Origin: Hydrolagus colliei
Lineage: Eukaryota
Length of the DNA: 64,000 bases
Direction of reading: 5' to 3'
Assembly: GCA_035084275.1 (NCBI GenBank)
Contig: CM068757.1
Span: 5,952,001-6,016,000, forward strand
Under the pieces are notes generated by a model, which was given only the letters and a program-made list of their open reading frames with translations, ran no database searches and had not been told where the DNA came from. The position numbers were made by a program, and so were the translations under genes. Each line of letters opens with the position of its first letter. The stretch's first letter is position 1. Below are positions 22,923-33,257 of the stretch, one piece after another.

Positions 22923-23050
22923 AATCATAGAATCATAGAATTTGACAGCACAAAAGGAGGTCATTCAATCCATCGTTTCTATGCCGGCTCTTTAAAAAGA
23001 GCTATTCAAAGTCAATCCCATTCCCTGGCTTGCTCTCCATAACCCCACAA
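22923..23050 (-). mobile_element. CR1-type LINE 3' end fragment
   Basis: (CATAGAAT)n terminal repeat followed by TTTGACAGCACAAAAGGAGGTCATTC, typical of a reversed CR1 tail. Confidence 0.6.
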
Positions 23051-26000
23051 ACCCATCCTCACCAAGTAAAGGAGTACCTTTGACAGTGTTTTGTTTGGGT
23101 TGTGCTGGTCTCACCAGGTCATGTGAAATTCTTGGGTCAGAAATATTTGTCAGAGCCATCAAGTTAATAATAATAAGATGAACTGACAAAAGTAAGCAGT
23201 GCAACACATAAATATCTTACACTAATTCTGCCAAGTATATTAATGTTATACTTTATGTAAGGTCCAGTCTAGCTGTTGCTTATACCTTAAAAAAAACTCT
23301 CACTTGGAAAAATACATTAGCCAATAATCTTAACTCATATAAAAATCCAAGTTATATAAAATAATAAAAAGTCTTATCATGTTGTTGAGTGGTTTCAAAG
23401 CACTTCGCAGCATTTTACAGTAACGTTTACTGACTATGTTTTTTTTGGGGCAAACAGCAGTTAATTTGCACACAGCAAGGTACCACAAGTAGGATTGTTA
23501 GCCAAGACAAGGGAACAAACACCCTTCTCTTTGAATCCTTAATGTCCACCTGGACAAACATACAGGACTTCAGTTTAACATCTCATCCACAGGACGGCAG
23601 CTCTGACACTGTAGCGCTGTCCCAGCCAGGTACTGAAATGCAAGCCTGGTCTATCAGCTCAGTCTCAACTTGGTGCTTCAACGCACAACCTTCACAAAGG
23701 CAAGAATGCTACCAACTGAGCCAGGCTAAAAACTTAAATAGTAAATAGCCTATTAAATTTGCTCTGAATTAGCTGTTGAAATATGTGTAACAGATGCTCA
23801 ACACTTCAAGAAGCAGAAGGGACACATTAATTTTAGTACCTGACTTAGAGCACATCATTGGCCAGATGCCTAAGTATCAACTTGACGAACAAGATCTCCA
23901 GCCCAAGACAACAATAAAGTACTGTACTAGAAGACGTGCCAGAGCTGTGGGAAAATATCCCCACTTGTTCTGATGAAAAATAAATGCTTTAATTGTAAGT
24001 CCTGGAAGGTGGTTTTCTGGTAGATCTGAAATTAGGATTAAAAGTTATCAAAGTCTCGATTGCTTCCTCATCAATGATCTGTGAAAGTTAGTAGTCATCT
24101 TTACCATAGCAGGACTTGAACCTTCCTGGTATTTAGATGGAATATCAGTACCCATTGCCTTCGCTGTACCGGGTCTGGCCTCCTTCTTGTCCCCCAAATC
24201 CTCCGTTCCACGGGTTCTGTTATTGTGAAGCACTCTGAGATGCCGCCTGGCATGAAAGCCGCTATATAAATCCAAGTTGTTGTTGTTGAGTTACTCTAAA
24301 TAAATGGATGCCTTTGACAGTGTTCTGTGGATACAGAAATGCAGCACACTCTCTGAAGACCAGTTTGCAGCTGCTAAAGTCCCAGTTTGGGGGAAAACTG
24401 ATCACAACATGGAAAAACACAGGTCAGCTTTAAATCACACAGGGCACTGGCCAGTAAATTATCTTGTGTCATCAGGGAGTCATCCAATAGCGATAATGTT
24501 TTGGAGGTTGAAAAACCCTTTTTGTTACTCACAATGGATTTCTAGTGTTGAGGACTCTGCCAAATCCTGCCTAGGAGGCTTTGAAGCAGTTTGGGTAGCA
24601 AAGATTGGGAGGCTTATCCAACACAAATCCAATTAGTGTTTACTTATGTTTGCAACATCTCAAATCAAATGCAAGGATTATTATCAATCTGACAAAAATG
24701 CAAAATACTGCAGATGCTATAAATCTGAAACGTTCTGACGAAGGGTCAATCAATCAATGAATCAAAACTTACATTTATATAGCGCCTTTCACGTTGAAAG
24801 GACGTCCGAAGGTGCTCTAGTTAGGTAGGGACAAGAGCGGGGGTGAGGGGTCGGGGCAGGACGAAGAAGAGTAGGAAAATTCATTGTATATTTGTGGGCG
24901 AAACGCAGCATCCAAATTACGCACAGCAATTTGTATTGGAAGTGGGATTAAGGGAAATGGGGTGGAAAAAATGGCAAGGGGAGGGATCGGGGCAGGGAGA
25001 AGGAGAGCAGGAAAGCCGACTGTATTCTTGTGGGCAAAACGCAGCAGCCAAATAGCGCACAGCAGTGTCCCACAGACAGTCGCAGAAATGGGGCCAGGGG
25101 AGAAAGGGGGAAAAGAGGGCAATGGGGAGAGGGAGGGAGAGGGAGGGAAAGGTGCTGCAGAGCAAGGTCAGGGAAGAAGACGGGGGAGAAAGGGGGGCAA
25201 ATGAGAGAGGGACCTGGACCCAAAACATTAACTCATTTTTCCTTTCTCCATAGATGCTGCCTGACCTGCTGAGTTTTCCCAGCGATTTCTGTTTTTTGTT
25301 TATTATAAATCTGACTGCACTTTTGAAATTGATAATTAGATGGTATAGGGCTTGTTCTGTATTTGTGTAAAGGCGCCATTTAAGTGCAAGTTGACGGTGA
25401 TAACTCTGCTATTGTTTTTATCTGCCACCATTTTTAGTTCAGGTTTTTCCTCATTCTTTGAAAATTTGCATAGAACTGTTCCCAGCCAAATTAAACAAAC
25501 CAGTATTTCCTCAAATCTCCCAACAATAGTGCGTGCTAGTCAAAGTATTCTAAGAATTCTGTTTCATAAACAAACCCACCACAACTCAAGCAGTCTATTC
25601 TCAATGTCACTGAAAAAGACCCACCATCTTCCTACTTTGGTAGGAATGTTCTGCAATGTGGATGGGATATGGACTTTAACGTGTACTATTTTTATTGTGA
25701 AAACCAGTCCCAAAAAGGGAACTTGAAACAAAAACTGCTTAGAGGAAGTGATCTGTAGAAAAATACATCATTTCACTAAACATCCTAGTGACTGTAGATT
25801 AGGAGATAAGACTGCTTTCTCATTCACCCATTGTAATATTTTGTCTTGTTCATTGGACAATCAATTGTTTTATCTTTTTAAAATCATTCTGTCTCCCAAT
25901 ATACAAATTGGATTTGCTTGAATTTGCACATAATGCAGTTGATAACTATTGACAAATAGTTTTTCCTTTCCCTCGGGACTAACTTACACAGTAAAAATGT

Positions 26001-26272
26001 TTTAACTTTATACTGTAATTACAAATTTCCATTTAACACTCCCAAATATAACATCAGTGGTAGGATGGTTGGACTTATTCAATGACACTGTGGGAATAAC
26101 CAAGGGAAGGCATACCTGCTTTGTTAAATTTCTATACTTTGAATTGATGTCCAATGCTGTGAAATCTTCATTCTCGAGTCAAAAACTTCTCTCTGAGCGA
26201 CGTCACAGTGGATTTGCTCCCAATTGTCAGCACCACCCTCTGAAATTCTCTTCCAACTGCAAGAAGCCACGT

Positions 26273-26570
26273 GGAGTCCTGTAGCTCAGTGGTTAGAGCG
26301 TTCAAGCTTACAAGCAAGAGACCCGAGTTTGATTCCAGGCAGGGCAAAACCTTGGGCAAGTTGCTTTATTCCACACAGCTATCCCTCAAGAAAAAAAAAG
26401 TTAATTTTCAATCCACGACTGTTGATGGGACACTGCTGTGCACATTTGGCTGCATGTTTCACCCACAAATATATAGTCAATTCACTTGACAATATATTCT
26501 GTGAAGCGCATTGAGACATCTAGAAGACGTGATATGGTGCTATAATCAAATGCAAGGATTATTATTATTA
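26273..26570 (+). mobile_element. Full-length tRNA-headed Deu-domain SINE
   Basis: GGAGTCCTGTAGCTCAGTGGTTAGAGC head, Deu core, (ATT)n tail. Confidence 0.92.
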
Positions 26571-27191
26571 AGAATGTTGCACATACTTTAATAACTCCAT
26601 GTGTATCTGTATGTATCTCTCACGGGAGGGGGAGAATTACAAACAATTGCTCAAGTAAGACAGGATTGCTGCATAAGAAATATTCTTTATGGCTAATGTA
26701 AGCTTTTGCTAACCTGCACATTCATCTGAATCAGAACTGGCACAAGATTACCCTCTGGTGGTCACAGTGTAAACTCTAGTGACAGTTTCAAATACAGTAC
26801 TAAGTGCATCAACACTGGGAAATAGAAATAGTTTCTACTTTGGTTACTCAGGGTCAGCAATGCCTTGCATTTTCAACATTTCAATCCGCGTTATTGCTCA
26901 CCCATCGTCAACACAGAATACAAATGCAATGAACAGCAGCAATATCTTGCACTTTCAACACAGAAATTGCAATCTCAGGCACAAATACTTCTAGTGAGAG
27001 GGAATCTCAGGATCCAACTGTTGTCAAAAGTCCTTTGAAATTAATAATGTACCCAAATGAGTACATATATGCACAGTACAACTGTACTGGGTACGGAGAG
27101 AACCCACTGCTGGTCATGGATTAGCAACAGCGCATGCAACATATGTGGCAGTATTGATTCCGACAACAGGATCGTTGGGTAAATATCAATA

Positions 27192-27197
27192 TTTATT
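27192..27197 (-). terminator. Candidate NDUFS3 polyadenylation signal
   Basis: AATAAA on the minus strand about 105 nt after the stop. Confidence 0.55.
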
Positions 27198-27301
27198 TAC
27201 ATTAAATAACACGTGAACCATTAAGGTATTACAGAAAACAGGTAGGTCCAGCTTCAAAAGCAACATTGGCAAGAACGTTCCCAGATTTTGGCTATCTTGC
27301 T

Positions 27302-30300
27302 TTATTTTGCCTCGGGTTTTTTCTCTCCTCCCTCAAGTTTTGGCAGCTCGGTTGGCTCCCGGTGCGCTGGGAATGCCTCCCAGGGGCTGTTGAGGTCAAA
27401 CTTACGGAATTCCTGGGAAAGCTCAACAGGCTCAGCAACTACACGCTTCACCTCATCATCATAACGGACCTACGGAGGAAAGGAATACAGACAAAATTAA
27501 ACATGGCATTGCTTGTATTGTATTCATGTACTGTTGTGCGCAATTGGCTGCTGCGTTTCAACAACAACTTGCATGAAATAGCCTTGTTTAGGTAGGGCAG
27601 CTTCCTGGAACACTTGGAAGCGGAGTCTGACACTTGGAAGGGGAGAGGGGAGGTGACTGTGAACACAATCAAAAAGGTAGGTTTTCGGGGTGGGATTTGA
27701 AAATGTGGCACGGTGGAGGGATTAAGGGAGAGTTTCAGAAAATACAGTGACTACTACACTTTACAGAGCATTCTTTGAAGGGCTTTAGAGACTTCAACAA
27801 CGTGATAAGGCTCTGGAATCAAATGCAAGGATTATTATTCTTGCTACATTACACGCATGACAAATTTATTCACAATTAAACTACACGATTTGCTGACAGA
27901 TACCCCAGCCCTCCGTAAATGCAACGGGGAAAAGGTCCACAATCACTAAACCGATGGAATTCAGAATTAAAATTCTTGAAAAATAATACCTCAACGTAGC
28001 CAGAGAGTGGGAAGTCTTTGCGAAAAGGATGGCCTTCAAATCCGTAGTCTGTGAGGATCCTCCTCAGGTCTGGATGGTTGGCAAAAAACACACCAAACAT
28101 ATCCCATACCTGGAAATAAAAAACGTAGCAAGTTCCATCTTCATAGCCACAGGATTGAAAGTTTAAGGGAATCATGTGAAAGTTAACCAGTTCCTTTCAC
28201 TTGCACAAATGTCTTTTAAACTGACCAATAATTACCACTAAGGGTGTCATCATTTTTATTTTTAAAACGTAGCCATGTTAACATCCAGTTGTTTCACCTC
28301 ACCTCTCGCTCATACCAATTTGAAGCCTGGAACACTGGCACTGTTGAATCCACCGGGGTCAGTTCATCAGTGTACGTCTTCAGCCGGATGCGGGAGTTAA
28401 AAGGCAGCGACAACAAATTGTATACAAGCTGTTGGAAGGAAAACAATTTCTGAGATGGAATCCAAACAGTAACAGCGGCACTGTTACGTGGAACATGGAC
28501 ATGGAAAGCGCTATATAAATGTAAGGATTATTATTATTATTCTTGTGGCATTTCACAACTGAGTTGTGAAACAGCAGTTGAGTTCATGTGATTTAAAAAA
28601 AATAACAACCCAGTTTAATATAAGTGACTTATAACTTTTGTAAGCTGCGCGGACTGCAAATGTGCGTGGAAAAATCAGTCTACCACTGGGCAAGATGGTT
28701 TGATTGTTCTCCTTCTACTGTCATTGTGGTTAGATTGTGGTGCAGGATAGAAGATTCATGAATCTGAAATGGTTGCTATTTAACATTTCATCATATAGAA
28801 CATTCCTCCACTAAAACACAATGTTGTAGACTGCTCATGAAGATACATTCTTTGAAATAATTGCTCAATTTTACTTTGAAAGTGCATCCAATAGCCTAAT
28901 TTTAACGGTTATAACTGCCCACCCATCCACTGTGTCCATACCCTCTCCGGCTTCCAAAGTTGTTCTCCCCTGAAATAATGCCAATCCATTATCCATCCAA
29001 TACTTTAACTCAGTAATGTTTAGATAATAGTGAAAATTGGTTGCTATAAAAATTTATAGCAAATGTATGCTGTCACTTGCATGTAAGAAGTGTGTAAATA
29101 AGAAGTCTAAATTGTTCTGTTCGTCTGTTTGCCTCTAATTCTGTTTTGTATTTCATTGTAAATACAAATATTATTCACAAACATTGATAAACTGTTATGA
29201 AACAATCCCATGAGGGTTTCGCTCTCACCTCAAATCTATTCTCCCGAGTAGGTATATCCACTGCAGTCAGGTCAATAAGCGACTGGAATTGAGCGTTCGT
29301 GTGATCCCTCAGAAAGGTTAACACTGGAATTATTCCCTCCGGATGGATCATTACCTCCAACTCATTGAAACAAGTTACCTGTTCAACAGAGACACGGCCA
29401 AAGTATTTATGTACATGAGCCTGGACAGTTAAGACAGTTCAGTACATCTAAACGGTACATGGCTTTTTCGAAATCAAAGGGGATTGATTCTTTCTCTGAT
29501 ACCTGACCAGGCACCAGTGAAACACTTGACAGCCTTACCTGCACCTGCTGCACATACTTAGGCAGAATTTCAGCAACATATTCACCAAATGCACTCAGCT
29601 GGTGGTTTAGTAATTTATCACTTGGTCGAACGGTAGCTGCAAAATAAAAGAAGTAATTTTTTTGTCGTCAAATACTTCTTATTGAATTGATTCTCACTTT
29701 CGACTGAGATCCCTCTTTTTAAAAGGCATTAACAGTATTGTGAAATAAAACATTTCACCTTTCAAGTCTAACATTAATCCCTCGTGGAATCTCAGTGCTA
29801 CTCCCGATGATGTGCCTTGGCCACGCAGTCCCTACTTCACAAAAATAACACTTCCACTTTCAATAGCAGCAATCTTGTTTCCAAGAAGACTGACATATTA
29901 CACTTCACAGCATTGCCTAGACATTTATCACTCTTTCACATGCAGACGTTAGAACCACCATATTCTCTAAAAGGTACTTTTCAGATGGTTCCCAAATACA
30001 GTGATGTAAAAGGAGAGCCACGTTATTAAAACATCCACATCAATAAAGCCTTGATTGGCTTTTTACTTACGTTTGGTTTCAGTTGTGCTTCCCTCAAACC
30101 TTGTCTGTGACAGTAGATTGTTGCGGCAAGAGGCTATAACATAGGAAAAGTAATGTCAAACCTTTTACTCCATTGCATTTCACAGAGCATTTGCGTAAGA
30201 AATGAAACATTTGAAAGCATTTTAAACCCATTTTAAAGTGTTTCACAGTAACTATTGTAAATATAGTAACTTTTTTAGGGCACAGGTTTTGCACAAAACA

Positions 30301-31255
30301 AGGCAAGGTACCACTAATGCCAAGAGGTGAATAACAAAGTGATCTGGAGCTGGTCAGGACACCAGTAGAAACTCCCCTTCTCCTTTACAATGGTGCGGTT
30401 GGGAAATGCTCAATATCTATCTACGTGGGGTGGGGGGGGGTGGGGGCCTCAATTCCAGACCCGGCCTCTGTCACCCTTCTCCCCACATCCCAAGGATGAC
30501 ACCTTCATTAATAATAATAATCCTTGCATTTGTTATCATTTGATATAGCGCTTTTCACGTCTTCTAGACATCTCAAAGCGTTTCACAGAATATACTGTAT
30601 ATTGTATATTGATTATATATTGTAATTGGCTGTAGGTAACACACCTCCGACAATAATGCGTTTCACCCACATACATTCAGTCAATTCACTTTACAGTGTA
30701 ATTCTGTGAAGCGCTTTGAGGCGTCTAGAAGTCGTGAAGGCTATATCCAATGCAAGGCTTATTATTCGTAGTACATGTCATTATGTTTCTATTATTGTTA
30801 TTAGTGTCACCCACCCACTCCTGTTAACGGTGTTTGGGTACACCGTGCCCCCCCCCCCCCCCCCCCCCCACACATCACCACCCCCCACCCCCACCCACCC
30901 CAGAAGGGAGTGCCAGCCGCGGACCCTGGCGGCGAGACCTCTCGGGGCGGAAACAACGGGTGCCTCGATTATCACGAAAACGGGACCAGATGTTGTTGCT
31001 GTTGTTGGTATAAGTTGTTGTTGGTTCTGAATCTATCCGAAGGTCAAACCGCGGCTCCCGGTCACACACTTTGCCGAGGGGGGAAGGGGGGGGGGGGGGG
31101 GGGGGGGGGGGGGAGAGGAGGGGGGGGGGGGGGGCGGTGATGATAACGCCCTCCCCCCCCCCCCCACCCCATTCCCACCCCCCGCGTCTCTCACCCAGTC
31201 TCCTGAGGTGACTCGCAAAGCCGGCCCGAGCGAGACCGAGCAGACTGGCCGCCAT
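27302..31255 (-). CDS. NDUFS3: NADH:ubiquinone oxidoreductase core subunit S3 (30 kDa), 261 aa, 7 exons
   Basis: Exons 31255-31195, 30133-30071, 29636-29539, 29378-29229, 28428-28303, 28109-27990, 27469-27302 (786 nt, GT-AG, in phase). [79 protein letters not shown]. Confidence 0.97.
30508..30770. mobile_element. Two inverted SINE 3' halves in NDUFS3 intron 1
   Basis: Minus copy about 30508-30600 and plus copy about 30670-30770, both with the family tail. Confidence 0.8.
30847..31190. repeat. Long poly-C and poly-G runs in NDUFS3 intron 1
   Basis: C-runs near 30847-30900 and 31150-31183; G-runs 31077-31135. Confidence 0.9.
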
Positions 31256-31620
31256 GGCAACGGAACCGGAAAGCAGCCCTTCAGCGTCCGTCCAGCAAAA
31301 GGATCCGGGCGGAGGCGGCGCGTGCTGTCCCCGTGTAAACCTCATCCCCCCCCCCCCCCCCCCCCACACTCCTCCCATCAGACAGTTAGACAGCCGTCTG
31401 GTGTCCCCGTGTAAACCTTCCCCCCACCCCACCCCTTCCTCCTCCTCCTGCCATCAGATAGTCAGTCAGTCAGGCGCCTGGTGTGTCCCCCACCCCGTGT
31501 AAACCTTCCCCCTCCATCTCCCATCAGACTGACAGACAGACAGACAGTCAGACAGACACCTGCCTGCTCTGAACGGGAGGAAACCTTTGGATCCTCAGCA
31601 CAGGCCCCCGGACGCTTTGG
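31256..31620. promoter_or_regulatory. CpG-rich bidirectional promoter region of NDUFS3/KBTBD4 with three imperfect 70-90 bp repeats
   Basis: Head-to-head genes; CCGGAA (ETS/GABP-like) near 31266; CCCCGTGTAAACC..C-run..CCATCAGA.AG repeated three times in 31325-31560; candidate KBTBD4 exon 1 donor TGG|GTGAGG at 31620/31621. Confidence 0.6.
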
Positions 31621-32315
31621 GTGAGGTGAGGGGCGTTAGACCCGGCGAAATAAACCTGATGGGATTCGAATGGAGAAAGAGGGAGGGAAGGATTAAAATC
31701 TCCCCTCCTCCAACCCCGCCCTGAAGTCCATGCTTCTGTCTCTTTCTGTCTGTCTGTCTCTCTCTCTGTCTCTCTGTGTGTGTGTGTGTGTCTCTCTGTC
31801 CGTGTGTGTCTCTTGCCTGTCTCATTTCCCAAGCCCAGTGTAAGGGAGGTTATTTTGTGGGATCTTGTCATGCTTTGTGCAAATTCTGTTACACTGTACA
31901 CACACATTCAACACACCCCTCCACCCTCCACACCCCACCCCCACAAAAAAATATAGTCACTACATCTACAGTAAATACAGTGAAATGCTTTAAAATATGT
32001 TGACTTGAATGCTCATCAAGTGCAATAGAGGCAAAAGGTTTGACAATACTTTTCCCCTTGTCTCAGGCCTTGCTTCCTCCCCAGTCCGGCTCGGAAAGGC
32101 CAAGGCTGTAATGTGTGTGTGCGTGTGAGTGAGAGAGATGGATTTGGTCACTCAATCCTCCACTCACGGTTTGTGGGCCACTAACTGTGCGCAATTGGCT
32201 TCGTCCACAAAATTCGCAGTCACTGCAATTTACAATATATTTCTGTGTTGCACTTTGCTTTGAGATGTTTCAACGATGTGATAAGGTGCTCCTATCAAAA
32301 TCAAGCATTGTTATA

Positions 32316-32600
32316 CCCTCCTCTGGGTCTGGCCTCCTCCGTGTCCCCCCGAATCCTCCGCTCCACCCTCGGCGGCCGTGCCTTCAGCCACTACGCCCCG
32401 AGGCTCTGGAATCCCTTCCTCACTCCCTTCGCCTCGCCCCCTCTCTTCCCAGTTTCAGGTCACAGCTGAAGACCTTCCTCTTCGACCGCGCTTTTGGTCA
32501 CCTTTCTACCCCTGGCTCGGTCCCGGGACCCGCTACTGTAAAGCGCTCTAAGGCGCCGTCCGGCCTGGAGGGCGCTATATAAATCAAAGTTGTTGTTATT
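32316..32600 (+). mobile_element. L2 LINE 3' fragment, preceded by a SINE 3' part at about 32175-32305
   Basis: Encodes GLLRVPRILRSTLGGRAFSHYAPRLWNP-like ORF2 end (frameshifted), QLKTFLFDRAF, tail GGCGCTATATAAAT..(TTG)n. Confidence 0.85.
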
Positions 32601-33257
32601 ACCCACCCCACAAAGACACTGGCAGTAACCAGGGCCCCTGTTTTGTGGCCCTTGGCGTCTCGGCCCTTTCTGGGGCAGCGGCCTCCTCCCCATTCGACTT
32701 GAGCTGTTTCGCTCCAGTTCTCTCGTTTTTTTTAATATAAAATATATATTTATTATTTTTAAATGTATATTTTCATCACCGTGACAACACACGCCAAACA
32801 ACAAAACTGACAAATGTGCAACGGCCCTGACTTTATCCTCTCGCAAAGAAAAACCTCCGTCAAAACAAAATTATCCACCAGCTTTGTGGAAACACAATTC
32901 TATTCTCGCACTCACTGTACCATTGCTTGCTTCCCCAAAGGAGCTTTGGTCATTGACCGCCACGAATAAAACATTGAGCATTTCACGTCACCTCTCATTC
33001 GAGGCGCAGTATTTTTTGATTAATAAATAATTGTTCAACATTAAACAGTTACATTCAGATCTAAGAACAGTGAATGTTGGCAGGCTGCTCAGCCAATGGA
33101 TAACTATAGATGATGTCACGGCATACGTGATATAGTGGATCAGGAATAGCGACGGGATCACTATTTTGCGTAGAAACAAAAGTGAACTTGTAGCCGTAAA
33201 TGACAATGTTTTGAAGAGAACGCTCTTTCCATAGGTTTTCAGATCTTCGTTTGTAAC

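Noticed and set aside
26273-26345. tRNA-like sequences (also 12240-12303, 17035-17096, 20155-20225, 21050-21113, 42297-42357, 48181-48250)
   Set aside because: They are SINE heads: no paired acceptor stem, variable anticodons, and they continue into SINE body sequence.
32630-32829. CAGGGCC..GGCCCTG 7-bp inverted ends suggesting a hAT element
   Set aside because: Flanking 8-mers (GCAGTAAC, ACTTTATC) do not match and the TIR is too short to call.
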